Source: an uncultured Desulfobacteraceae bacterium
GTDB lineage: Bacteria > Desulfobacterota > Desulfobacteria > Desulfobacterales > JALSRD01
NCBI GenBank assembly: GCA_964442705.1
Contig: CAYUAQ010000006.1
Location: 1-60,921, forward strand
DNA length: 60,921 nucleotides
Reading direction: 5' to 3'
In this document: positions 37,803 through 47,046 of the stretch, piece after piece
Layout: every line of letters begins with the position of its first letter
Position numbering within the stretch: position 1 is the stretch's first letter
Made by a program: the position numbers and the translations under genes
Notes under the pieces: generated by a model
Database searches by the model: none
The model's input: the letters and a program-made list of their open reading frames with translations, nothing else
Told to the model about the DNA's origin: nothing

Positions 37803-39182
37803 CTACACCATGTTGATAAGGGTGTCCAGCAGTTCGTCGGTGGCACTGATCAGCTTGGCCGCAGCCGCATAGGCGTTCTGGAACTGCACCAGGTTGACCA
37901 TTTCTTCATCCAGGGAAACCCCGGAAACTTCCTCACGGTAAGCTTCCAGCTGTCCCATGGTGACCTGCTGCAAATCGTAGCGACTGTTGGCCGCCCGGGT
38001 GTCGTTGCCCACATCGGCCACCAGAGCGGTGTAATAGTCCGAAAAAGTCTCCGTGCCGCCGCTCATGAGCGGCTGGAAGGCCAGGTCGGCAATGGCCAGC
38101 GCATTGCCGCCGTCCCCCGGAAGAGAACTCGAAGCAGTCGCTGCGGCAATACGCTGGGGATCGTCGAGAATGTCCGCATCCACGGCGATGTTTTCCGCCG
38201 ACGAGGCAGTCAGGGCGAAAAAATTTCTGCCCGTGGAATTGTCCAGTCCCCATCCCGCGGCATGCTGGGCATTGACTGCGTCGATAATCTGGCTTGCCAT
38301 GGCATCCAGACGATCACCGTAGTCCGGAATGACATCGTTTTTCATGGCCAGCAGTCCGCCCAGGGTACCCGCCGTGATGTCTCCATGGGCGATGGGGTCG
38401 GCTGTCCCGGTGCCGGGATCCGTAACGATGAAATCGGTCCCGTCATAGGAAAGCTCCCAGGCGGTGTCACCGTCCACCAGTGTTTCTCCAGCGAGTGTAA
38501 CATCGATGACCGACCCGTTTTCGGCAGTACTTACATCGGCCAGTTTGGAAAGGGTTTTCAGGGCTTCATCACGCTGGTCCTTGAGGTCGTTGGGTTCCTG
38601 GCCCAGGTTTTCGGCCCTGCGGATACTTGCATTCAACCGCGCGATCTCCTGTGCGGCTTCATTGATATCCACCACGGCCTGCTCGATACGCCCTTCGACT
38701 TCCGTGGCGATGGACGACAGATCGGCGGCCATGTTCCGGAAGCGATCGGTCATGTCCTCGGCGCGGGATACCAGGTTGGAGCGTTCCACCGATCCGGCCG
38801 GATGGTTGGCCAGGTCCTGCCAGGCGTTCCAGAATGCGTGCAGGGACTTGTTCAGACCTTCATCGTCGGTTTCGTTGAACACGATCTCCAGACGGTCCTG
38901 AATCTGTTTGCGCGCTTCCCACTCTCCCAGCTCCTGGCTTTCACCCCGGATTTCGCCGGTGATAAACCGATCGTACATTCGCCGGACCGCGGCCACCTTC
39001 ACACCACCGCCCATCTGGCCGGGCGTGTCGTTGATTGCCTCCCCGTTTACAAGCTCGGCTCGCTGCCGGGAATACCCGGGCGTGTTGACGTTGGCGATGT
39101 TGTTGCCGGTTACCGAAATCGCCTTCTGCTGGGCCTGCAGCGCACTCCGGCCAATGTTCAAAATCGATGAAAACGTTGACAT
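37803..39182 (-). CDS. flgK: Flagellar hook-associated protein 1
   Basis: TGNNIANVNTPGYSRQ; NDLKDQRD; SGVSLDEEMVNLVQFQNAYAAAAK. Confidence 0.95.
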   Translation of the reverse strand: MSTFSSILNIGRSALQAQQKAISVTGNNIANVNTPGYSRQRAELVNGEAINDTPGQMGGGVKVAAVRRMYDRFITGEIRGESQELGEWEARKQIQDRLEIVFNETDDEGLNKSLHAFWNAWQDLANHPAGSVERSNLVSRAEDMTDRFRNMAADLSSIATEVEGRIEQAVVDINEAAQEIARLNASIRRAENLGQEPNDLKDQRDEALKTLSKLADVSTAENGSVIDVTLAGETLVDGDTAWELSYDGTDFIVTDPGTGTADPIAHGDITAGTLGGLLAMKNDVIPDYGDRLDAMASQIIDAVNAQHAAGWGLDNSTGRNFFALTASSAENIAVDADILDDPQRIAAATASSSLPGDGGNALAIADLAFQPLMSGGTETFSDYYTALVADVGNDTRAANSRYDLQQVTMGQLEAYREEVSGVSLDEEMVNLVQFQNAYAAAAKLISATDELLDTLINMV

Positions 39183-39381
39183 GCATCCTCCTCCGGCACC
39201 GTTCAGGCCGCCTGCCGGGTCTGTTGGAGACCTTGGATAACAGCGGCCTGAATAGGTTCCAGGCCAGGCACTCCATCCACCACCCTTTTTCTATGGCCGC
39301 TTTGGCGCACCCAAAACAACGCACGATTTTTCGTTCTGGGCCGGGGTGAATGCACCCCGGTGCCGCATTTTCCGCATTCTG

Positions 39382-40248
39382 CTAGAATTCCTCCTCGAAA
39401 TGAAGCGCGAAGCTCTCGGACAGCTCTGCCACCCATCCGACAGCCTGGGCCGCCACCACCTCCAGTTGCCCACTCCTGAGCCCCAGCCGCCGGGCAGCGG
39501 CTTCAGAGGGCGCATACTGGAGCCCTTCACGGCCGATGCCGATGCCGATCATGAGGCACAACACGTTGGCGATGTGCACCATATCGATCAAGTAGCCGGT
39601 TTCATCGGCGGCATCGGGGTCATGGTGCCAGCGCACAGCAGCTACGATGCTTTCCGGAAACGACCAGTTGGTTAAAATGCGGGCACCAATCTCGGCATGA
39701 TCGGTGCCGAAGAGCCGACGTTCGACTTTTTCGAAGGAGACCTCCCGCAGGGACTCATCGTCGACGCTGCCGGTATTCTCGTGGATGAAATCTCCCAGCA
39801 CCAGCTTGCCCACGTCGTGCAGGAGTGCCGCCGTGAAAATCTCGTCGACGCCGGTGATGCCCAGTTCCCGGGACAGCCCTTCGGCCACCACGGAAACCGC
39901 AATGGAGTGACGCCAGAGTTCACCGGGCTGCAGATCGTAACCCGGCACCGGTCTGACCATGACCGCAGAGGCACAGGCCGACAGGATCAGCTGGGCCAAT
40001 TTCTTCCAGCCCAGCAGGACCAGCGCCTGATGGACCGACCCCACCTTGCTGGGCAGACCGAAGTAGGACGAATTGGTCAGCTTCAGAATATTGGCCGTGA
40101 GACCCGGGTCATAGCGCAGGATCTCGCCGATCTGCTGGGCTGAAGTATCTGGATCGTCCAGCAGTGAGAGGATCTTGGCCGCTGCCGGGGGAATACTTGG
40201 AAAGGCATCGATCCTGGCGATGATCTCCTCTTTACATGGCCGTTTCAC
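39382..40248 (-). CDS. HDOD-domain protein
   Basis: FPSIP, DPGLTANILKLTNSSYFG, LWRHSI, LLHDVGK, DHAEIG, WHHDP. Confidence 0.92.
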   Translation of the reverse strand: MKRPCKEEIIARIDAFPSIPPAAAKILSLLDDPDTSAQQIGEILRYDPGLTANILKLTNSSYFGLPSKVGSVHQALVLLGWKKLAQLILSACASAVMVRPVPGYDLQPGELWRHSIAVSVVAEGLSRELGITGVDEIFTAALLHDVGKLVLGDFIHENTGSVDDESLREVSFEKVERRLFGTDHAEIGARILTNWSFPESIVAAVRWHHDPDAADETGYLIDMVHIANVLCLMIGIGIGREGLQYAPSEAAARRLGLRSGQLEVVAAQAVGWVAELSESFALHFEEEF

Positions 40249-40718
40249 AGCTCTTTTCTCTTTTCCTTGATCCTGACGATGGCCTGACCGGTGGCAATGT
40301 CCACATGCACGGTACGGCTGTCCGTGCCGCCCACATCTTCGGCTTCCAGCAGCACGTTGTTTTTCCGCAGCAGTTTTTTCAGAACCGTATAGTTGCGTTC
40401 ACCGATCTTGAACATGGCGTTCTTGCCCAACGGGCTGCCGCAGCCGGTGACCTTGACGATCAAGCGCTCTTTCTGGCCGCCCATCTGGTAAACGGTGTTA
40501 AACAGCAGGGGCACCCCCTTGTCGACAAACATGTAAGGGTGTGATTCGGCTTTCTGGGGATTGATCCTGGAAAGCGGCAGCATGGCGTGCAGCAGCCCCC
40601 CCACCCTGGCTACCGGATCGTACACGATCAGCCCCAGACAGCTCCCCAGTGCGTGGGTGACGAGAATATCCCCGTCCTTTCCAACTTTCATGTCCCCCAC
40701 CGCCACGATCTGCTTCAT
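40245..40718 (-). CDS. cheD: Chemoreceptor glutamine deamidase CheD
   Basis: THALGSCLG..YDP..GGLLHAMLP; IGERN; AEDVGG..RTV. Start ATG 40718. Confidence 0.9.
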   Translation of the reverse strand: MKQIVAVGDMKVGKDGDILVTHALGSCLGLIVYDPVARVGGLLHAMLPLSRINPQKAESHPYMFVDKGVPLLFNTVYQMGGQKERLIVKVTGCGSPLGKNAMFKIGERNYTVLKKLLRKNNVLLEAEDVGGTDSRTVHVDIATGQAIVRIKEKRKEL

Positions 40719-40842
40719 AAGCCGTACTTTCGCTCCCCCCGGGCCGGTGCACAGGCCCCTTCTCATTTCCCTGGGGATCGGATGGTCTCTACGGCGGCCT
40801 CATCTGGTTCTGTCACGGCGAAGCGTTCCTGGTCCGTATATC

Positions 40843-41343
40843 TCATACACTTCCTGAAAGCAGCCGTCCCGCCCCCGCGTTTTTCTCCATTTTTCCGCCG
40901 GCATGATAAACGCAGCAGTCTGCCAGGCCCCCTTCCAGGAATCGCAGCGAATTGCGGGTGAGTTTGAGCCCGTGGTCTACGAGGTCCCGGTTGCTCTGCT
41001 GCAAGGCGCGCACCCTGGTAAGAATCGCCTTGAACCAGGTGCGCTGCTCGGCAAACCGTTCCCCCCATGGCACCGGCAATAGCGCGGCCAGGCGCTTCAT
41101 GGTCAAGGACTTTGCCGGGAGGCCCAACTCCCCGGCCAGGTCCTTGAGCACCTCACTCCGCCGCCGCTCCAGGTGCTGCAACCGCAGCAGCAGGTCCTGT
41201 TTGACCGTCATACCGCCGGTGAACTGCTTCAGGTCCAACTTGAGCAGGGACTCTTTTTCGGTTTTTAAGACTTCCAGCAGCTCCCCGTACAGCAGTCCCT
41301 CTTCGTTTAGCAGCTGGCTGAACTCCTGCAGCAAGTTATTCAT
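40843..41343 (-). CDS. flgN: Flagellar export chaperone FlgN
   Basis: Helical protein after flgM; QQSNRDLV..SLRFL..YHAGG. Confidence 0.85.
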   Translation of the reverse strand: MNNLLQEFSQLLNEEGLLYGELLEVLKTEKESLLKLDLKQFTGGMTVKQDLLLRLQHLERRRSEVLKDLAGELGLPAKSLTMKRLAALLPVPWGERFAEQRTWFKAILTRVRALQQSNRDLVDHGLKLTRNSLRFLEGGLADCCVYHAGGKMEKNAGAGRLLSGSV

Positions 41344-41389
41344 GGATAACCCCCTGACCGCCGTCAGAGCGGTTCATGCTGAACGGTAT

Positions 41390-41713
41390 CTACAGCAGGT
41401 CGTCCAGCAGCGACTGGTCAATCATCTTGTCGGCGACCTTCTGGGCATCGATATGGTAGGTTCCGCTGGAAACCTGGAGTCTCAGGCGGGCCACTTTTGC
41501 ACTGTCAACATCGGGAAGAGCCGTAACCACGTTTTTCGCCTCCGAAATCTGTTTCGACTTTGATGAAAGTACCACCTTATCTTCCTGGAGGACCTGTCCG
41601 GCATTTTTGCCCGGTGAAGCACCTGCTTTTGAATGCCCTCTGATCTGCTTTTCGCCAACCTGCCTCAGATAATTTTCCAGGTGTATGGAGTCGTCTTTTC
41701 CGGTCACTTTCAT
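41390..41713 (-). CDS. flgM: Anti-sigma-28 factor FlgM
   Basis: DKVVLS..PDVDSAKVARLRLQVSSGTYHIDAQKVADKMI. Confidence 0.92.
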   Translation of the reverse strand: MKVTGKDDSIHLENYLRQVGEKQIRGHSKAGASPGKNAGQVLQEDKVVLSSKSKQISEAKNVVTALPDVDSAKVARLRLQVSSGTYHIDAQKVADKMIDQSLLDDLL

Positions 41714-41861
41714 TTCCCTCTCCTCCTTTGACCGCCGGATGCAGGGCCCTTACCGCCGGCATGCAGCCGCCCGGGGCAACCGCTCCGGCCGCTGCAGACC
41801 GAACCGCAATAAATATCAGGCCCGGCTTTTCCGTGATTTGTCTTCATCGTTCCCAACTTAT

Positions 41862-41889
41862 TTATCGGTCAATGTCGGAGAGAGCTTTA
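41862..41889 (-). promoter_or_regulatory. Putative sigma-28 promoter of flgM
   Basis: Minus strand TAAA-N16-ACCGATAA at the expected position upstream of flgM. Confidence 0.7.
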
Positions 41890-42257
41890 GAGGTAAGTGT
41901 CAATTTTTTGGCATTCGAATGATACCTATATTCCCCAACCGCCTTTAGATTGTTGAAAATAAGCTCCGCCAGACCGATACCCCCTTCCCTGGCCAGCTGG
42001 CGGGACAGCTGCATGTCGATGAGCGTTGTGTGGATTTCCCGTCCGGCGCCGCTTCCTGTCAGCCCCGAGTGGGGCACGGTGGCCCGCATCTCTTTTAACA
42101 GCTGATGAATGAAAAGCGACTCCAGTTCGACGGCGGCCCTGCGCAGGGCCTGGTCATCTTTTCCGGCTTTGGCCACCTCCCGGCGGATATTCTCCAACCG
42201 TCGGGCGTTGGTATCGTTTGACGGCGCCGCCGGTCCTACAAGCGCACCCCCCATCAT
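41862..42257 (-). CDS. flgJ: Rod-binding protein (FlgJ N-terminal domain only)
   Basis: LRRAAVELESLFIHQLLKEMRATVP..GGIGLAELI; no muramidase domain. Confidence 0.85.
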   Translation of the reverse strand: MMGGALVGPAAPSNDTNARRLENIRREVAKAGKDDQALRRAAVELESLFIHQLLKEMRATVPHSGLTGSGAGREIHTTLIDMQLSRQLAREGGIGLAELIFNNLKAVGEYRYHSNAKKLTLTSKALSDIDR

Positions 42258-43399
42258 ATAATCTCCAGTTTGGCCTGCAGGGCCCCTGAGGCTTTCATGG
42301 CCTGGAAGATGGAAATCAGATCACGCGGCGAAACCCCCAGCGCGTTGAGCGCCCGCACCACATCGCCGATGCTGACCCCCGAATCGACCACGAACAGCGG
42401 CGACTTACCTTCCACGGCGGTCACATCGGTGCGCGGCACCACCGTTGTCACCCCTCCCCGTGAAAAGGGCAGCGGCTGGCTGACCTCCGGGTTTTCCTGG
42501 ATCTGCATGCTCAGGTTGCCGTGGGCGATGGCCACCGTCGAGATGCGCACGTTTTCTCCGATGACCACCGTGCCGGTGCGTTCGTTAATCACCACCTTGG
42601 CCTCGTTGTCGGGCACCACATTGAGTCCTTCGATGAGGGTGACAAACCCCACCGGGTTTTGGCGGTAGCGTTCCGGAATGAGGATTTCGATGGTCCCCGC
42701 ATCCAGCGTGCTGGCCAGGTGCATCCCCATCATGGCGGCGTTGACCGCCTGGGAGATGCGGTTGGCGGTGGTAAAATCAGGATTCTGCAGCATGAGGGTC
42801 AGGGTCTTCTGGCGGCCGAAATCGGTGGCCAGTTCTCTTTCCACCAGGGCACCCTCCACCACGCGCCCCACGGTGGGAAAGTTCTTCTGCACTCCGGCAC
42901 CGGCACCGGCCAGCCGGAAGCCCCCGGTACTGACCGGCCCCTGGGCCACGGCGTAGACTTTGCCGTCGGTGGCTTTCAGAGGAGTGAACACTAAGGTCCC
43001 CCCCTGTAGATTGACGGCATCACCGATGGAACTGACCAGCACGTCCAGCCGGGTTCCGGAGCGCACGAAAGGCGGCAGGTCACAGGTCACCATCACCGCC
43101 GCTACGTTTTTGACTTTGATGTCCTCGGGATTGACGGTCAGTCCCATCTTCTCCAGCATGCTGGCCAGGGACTGAAAGGTGAACTTGGTCTTGTCCTTGT
43201 CGCCGGTTCCCATGAGGCCCACCACCAGGCCGTAGCCGACCAGCTGGTTGTGGCGCACGCCCTTGATCTCGGTGATATCCTTGACGCGTGCGGCCTGCAC
43301 CGGTAAGGACGACAGCATGAGCGCCAGCACCACCGCCAGGAGAATGAGGCAGCGTGGCGCCGCTCTAGGTCCTCTTCTTTGTAATTTCAACTGGTTCAT
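42254..43399 (-). CDS. flgI: Flagellar P-ring protein
   Basis: GVRHNQLVGYGLVVGL, KNVAAVMVT, NERTGTVV, ALNALG. Confidence 0.96.
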   Translation of the reverse strand: MNQLKLQRRGPRAAPRCLILLAVVLALMLSSLPVQAARVKDITEIKGVRHNQLVGYGLVVGLMGTGDKDKTKFTFQSLASMLEKMGLTVNPEDIKVKNVAAVMVTCDLPPFVRSGTRLDVLVSSIGDAVNLQGGTLVFTPLKATDGKVYAVAQGPVSTGGFRLAGAGAGVQKNFPTVGRVVEGALVERELATDFGRQKTLTLMLQNPDFTTANRISQAVNAAMMGMHLASTLDAGTIEILIPERYRQNPVGFVTLIEGLNVVPDNEAKVVINERTGTVVIGENVRISTVAIAHGNLSMQIQENPEVSQPLPFSRGGVTTVVPRTDVTAVEGKSPLFVVDSGVSIGDVVRALNALGVSPRDLISIFQAMKASGALQAKLEII

Positions 43400-43435
43400 A
43401 ACATCTTCACTCCCGCTGGAGGCAAGTTGGTGTCC

Positions 43436-44188
43436 TTAAAACGGGAAAATAACGTCAAAAAAGCGTGCCAGCCATCCCGGACGCTGGCGATCGTTGACAA
43501 CGCCTATGCCGTTGTACGTGATGCGGGCGTCGGCGATACGCGAAGACAGCACCACGTTCTCCACCGAAATATCGCGGGGGCGGATGATACCGGTCAGCGT
43601 GATTAGTTGGGCCTCGTTGTTGATCATCACCTGACGAAAGCCCCTGATGCGCAGATTGCCTCCGGGCAGCACTTCAACCACCCGGGCCGTGATTTTAGCG
43701 TCCAGTTTTCCGCTGCGTTTGGTGGCCCCCTTGCCCTTGAAGGTGCTTTCCAGGCCCGCCTTGATCTCGCCGAAAGGATTGAAATTGGCGCTTTCTTTGG
43801 GATAGTCATTCTGGAGGCCCAGAAATTTTTCTATCTGGGCGGAGAATTCAGAGGCCCGCTGGGTATCCGTGGAGGCCTCGTTGGTGGCTTTCGAGGACTC
43901 CACGATCATTACGGTGACAATATCCCCGATGCGCCCCGCCTTGGGATTGACAAACAGCTCGTTGAGTGGACCGTTGTCGTTCCAGAGCGATCCATCCCGG
44001 CCGGTGCTGTTGGCCCGCGGCATTTTGGCACTCAGATCCTGAGCCATGATGCGCTGTTTCTGCCGGGCGGCCTGTTTGGGCTGCTCGGACCCCAGACACC
44101 CACCCAGGGCCATGGCACAGGCCGTCAGGCAGAACAGTCGCCAGAGCACTCCGGCAGTTGGTTTTTCGGCGTTTACCGACATTTTCAT
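43436..44188 (-). CDS. flgH: Flagellar L-ring lipoprotein
   Basis: LGGC lipobox; GDIVTV; GIIRPRDI; IADARI; GWLARF. Confidence 0.95.
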   Translation of the reverse strand: MKMSVNAEKPTAGVLWRLFCLTACAMALGGCLGSEQPKQAARQKQRIMAQDLSAKMPRANSTGRDGSLWNDNGPLNELFVNPKAGRIGDIVTVMIVESSKATNEASTDTQRASEFSAQIEKFLGLQNDYPKESANFNPFGEIKAGLESTFKGKGATKRSGKLDAKITARVVEVLPGGNLRIRGFRQVMINNEAQLITLTGIIRPRDISVENVVLSSRIADARITYNGIGVVNDRQRPGWLARFFDVIFPF

Positions 44189-44197
44189 GCGTTCTCC

Positions 44198-45211
44198 TTA
44201 AAAATCCACGGCCACCGTGCTGCTGTCCACCACCCGCGCGTACACGGTTTTCTTGGAGTCCAAATTGACCACTTTGATGCGGTCACCGCGGCGCCCTTTC
44301 TGGCGGGCCTCCCCCAAGGTGGTCACCTGCATGCCCTTCATGCTGGCCATGATGACCACCACGTCCCGTCGGTGTACCAGACAGGGAATTTCCACCATAT
44401 CCGGGCGCAGGGCCGCAGAGGCGGTGATTTTACGTTTGGTTTTCTTGCCTATTATATCCGCCACATTATCGATGTAGTTTCTGGGCAGCGCCGATCGTGG
44501 TACCTGACGCAGTTCCACGTCGCCCTCGCCGATGACGTGGTTACGCTTGAGCACCTGCCGGGAAAAAACCGCCTGGCACATCACGTCCACATCCACGGTG
44601 GCGAACACTTTCTTTTCCACCCGGCCGTCTACCAGCAGGGTCACTCTCAGCGGCAGCCGCCCCCTGGGCAAACCGCGTTTCAACGGCTCCACGCGCAGCT
44701 CCAGTGTGCCCGGGGAAACAACCGCCTCCCGACCGATATGGATGTCGCCGATGCGCAGGTCTTCGGACTGGGCGGATCTCCAGACCGTCAGGAAGCGGGA
44801 TACGGCCGCCTTTATCCGAGTTGTCGGCACGCGTTGAAATCCCCTTGCGATGGTCACTGGCGCCGGCATGTGCAGCCGGATGCGAGAGGCGTCCACACCG
44901 TGCTGCTGCAGGCGCATCATGATAAACTGGCTGTCCAGGGTCTTGGCACTGCCCGGCGCTGGAGACCTGCCGATGACCACTTCCTGGAGCAGTGTGCGGC
45001 GGCGCGCATCGTCGTGGCCGATACGCGCGATGTCTCCCAGCCGGATGAGCTTCCCGTCCACGGTCGCCCGGCTGGATATCTCTATGACGGCTTGATCGGC
45101 ACGGCAACTCCCGGCGCCGGCGGCCAGCAGGATGAAAACACCCATCAGACAGCCCGCAACGCCGGTCACCGTTTTTCTCAGTGGGAGGCTTCTATCGCAC
45201 GGTATGGTCAT
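44198..45211 (-). CDS. flgA: P-ring formation chaperone
   Basis: IRLGDIA; SAF domain; GEARQKGRRGDRIKVVNLDSKK. Confidence 0.92.
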   Translation of the reverse strand: MTIPCDRSLPLRKTVTGVAGCLMGVFILLAAGAGSCRADQAVIEISSRATVDGKLIRLGDIARIGHDDARRRTLLQEVVIGRSPAPGSAKTLDSQFIMMRLQQHGVDASRIRLHMPAPVTIARGFQRVPTTRIKAAVSRFLTVWRSAQSEDLRIGDIHIGREAVVSPGTLELRVEPLKRGLPRGRLPLRVTLLVDGRVEKKVFATVDVDVMCQAVFSRQVLKRNHVIGEGDVELRQVPRSALPRNYIDNVADIIGKKTKRKITASAALRPDMVEIPCLVHRRDVVVIMASMKGMQVTTLGEARQKGRRGDRIKVVNLDSKKTVYARVVDSSTVAVDF

Positions 45212-45226
45212 TTACCCGTCCCATCG

Positions 45227-46015
45227 TTACCGTTTCAGGTTGTTGGCCACTTCCAGCATCTCGTCGGCCGCCTTGACGGCCTTGCTGTTGGTTTCGTATG
45301 CCCGCTGGGCGGCAATCATCTTGACCATCTCGTCCACCACACTGACGTTGGACATCTCCAGATAACCCTGGGCGATGGTGCCCAGCCCGTCTTCGCCCGG
45401 TGCCGCGGTGGTCGGGGAACCGGAAGCATCGGTTTCCAGAAACAGGTTGCGACCCCGGCTGCTCAAGCCGGCCGAATTCACGAATCGGGCCAGTTCGATG
45501 GTGCCGATCTCCGACGGCTCCACCTGGCCTTCCTGGATGACGGAAACCGTCCCGTCCGGGGCCACCGAAACCGATAGGCTGTCGGTGGGCACGGTGATGG
45601 CAGGCTCCAAGGTATACCCCTGGGCGTTGACGACTTTGCCGTCCTTGTCCACGGTAAAGGAGCCGTCCCGGGTGTAGGCCGTATCCCCGTCGGGCAGCAG
45701 CACCTGGAAAAAACCGCCTCCCTCGATGGCCATGTCCAGCGTATTTTCGGTCTGCTCGAGGCTGCCCTGCAGAAAAATCTTCTGGGTGGACACGGGCATG
45801 GTGCCCAGCCCGACTTCAATGCCGGTGGGCGTCTGGCTGCCTTCGGCGGCGGACACACCTGCCGGCCGCAGCGTCTGGTAAATCAGGTCCTGGAAGTCCG
45901 CCCGCCCCCTTTTGAAACCGGTGGTGTTGAGATTGGCGATGTTGTTGGAGATCACATCGACGTTGAGCTGCTGTGCCTGCATGCCGGATGCGGCAATGGA
46001 CAATGCCCTGTTCAT
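45227..46015 (-). CDS. flgG: Flagellar distal rod protein
   Basis: AASGMQAQQ..ISNNIANLNTTGFK; FQDLIYQ; YTRDG; LEMSNV..QRAYE. Confidence 0.96.
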   Translation of the reverse strand: MNRALSIAASGMQAQQLNVDVISNNIANLNTTGFKRGRADFQDLIYQTLRPAGVSAAEGSQTPTGIEVGLGTMPVSTQKIFLQGSLEQTENTLDMAIEGGGFFQVLLPDGDTAYTRDGSFTVDKDGKVVNAQGYTLEPAITVPTDSLSVSVAPDGTVSVIQEGQVEPSEIGTIELARFVNSAGLSSRGRNLFLETDASGSPTTAAPGEDGLGTIAQGYLEMSNVSVVDEMVKMIAAQRAYETNSKAVKAADEMLEVANNLKR

Positions 46016-46048
46016 GGAAACCTCCTGTGGAGCTTATTCGTTTTCTTT

Positions 46049-46804
46049 TCAGGAGCGCACTCTGCCCAGCTCGTTGACCGCCTTGGACTCCACACTGTCC
46101 AGGGTTTGAACGGTCTTCTGGTAGCTTTCATATCCGCGCAGCACTTCAATCATTTCGGTCATGATACGGACCGTGTCGACGTTGGCGCCCTCCACGGCAC
46201 CCTGCTGAACACGGACCGTTTCGGGAGTACTCTCGGTTGCACCGGCCACCGGCCGGAAGAGGTTCTTGCCGGCCTTGACCAGTGACTGCGGGTTTGCGAA
46301 CGCGACGATTTTCAGTTTACCCGTCTGCTCGCCGTCCACGATCACGTTGCCGTCGGCGTCCACGGTCACCTGTTCACCGCTGATTTGAATGGACCCGCCC
46401 TCCCCCAGCACCTTGAATCCCTCCTGGGTCACCAGGTTTTCCTCGCTGTCCACGGTAAAGGAGCCGTTGCGCGTATAGCGTGTGCCTGCCGGTGTTTCGA
46501 CGGCAAAAAATCCATCGCCGTCGATGTATACATCCAGCGGATTGCCCGTTGTCTGGACCGGCCCCGGCGTAAAATCGGTGTAAGTTTCCACCGGCAGGAG
46601 AGACGTCGAACTGCCGGGCAGTCGGGCAGCGGTTAGCTGGTCGGTATATCCCTGGCTTTGGGACTCCGGCAGGGCGGTGAGCTGTGCCACACCATCGGCC
46701 TTGAAACCTATGGTCTGCATGTTGGACAGATTATTGGCCAGGGTAGCCAGTTTGATTTCATAGATCATGGCGCCTGGCACGAGTCCGGCAATGTTCCCGC
46801 TCAT
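46049..46804 (-). CDS. flgF: Flagellar rod protein
   Basis: LANNLSN..GFK; TGNPLD; YTRNGSF; EGANV; upstream of flgG; AAGGAG SD before ATG 46804. Confidence 0.9.
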   Translation of the reverse strand: MSGNIAGLVPGAMIYEIKLATLANNLSNMQTIGFKADGVAQLTALPESQSQGYTDQLTAARLPGSSTSLLPVETYTDFTPGPVQTTGNPLDVYIDGDGFFAVETPAGTRYTRNGSFTVDSEENLVTQEGFKVLGEGGSIQISGEQVTVDADGNVIVDGEQTGKLKIVAFANPQSLVKAGKNLFRPVAGATESTPETVRVQQGAVEGANVDTVRIMTEMIEVLRGYESYQKTVQTLDSVESKAVNELGRVRS

Positions 46805-46894
46805 GGCTGTGTTCTCCTTGGCGGATGCTGGATGCATCCAGTGGTTATCCGGTTGCAGCGACCGCAAAAGATGTCCGCTCTCAGCAATACCTTC

Positions 46895-46910
46895 AGCAAT
46901 TTCCGTACCA
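46895..46910 (-). promoter_or_regulatory. Sigma-54 promoter of the flgF operon
   Basis: Minus strand TGGTACggaaaTTGCT. Confidence 0.8.
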
Positions 46911-46935
46911 TGTCACTAGGTTTCTGCGATTTATA

Positions 46936-46948
46936 CAACCTCTTGATT
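46936..46948 (-). promoter_or_regulatory. IHF binding site
   Basis: Minus strand AATCAAgaggTTG matches WATCAA-N4-TTR, next to an AT-rich tract just upstream of the sigma-54 box. Confidence 0.65.
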
Positions 46949-47046
46949 TATCATTATTAATATTATTTCATGAATTCTCGCTGCACGAATTTGCCCGGCA
47001 AATTTTTCCAAACCACCTGCTTTTGCCGGCACCACTGGGGCCAGCG

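Noticed and set aside
39190-39380. Small ORFs or an ncRNA between HDOD and flgK
   Set aside because: Only short hairpins (ccggggtg..caccccgg) and ORFs without SD or motif support; insufficient evidence.
41862-42257. flgJ as a truncated pseudogene
   Set aside because: Single-domain rod-binding FlgJ is the normal form outside the beta/gammaproteobacteria.
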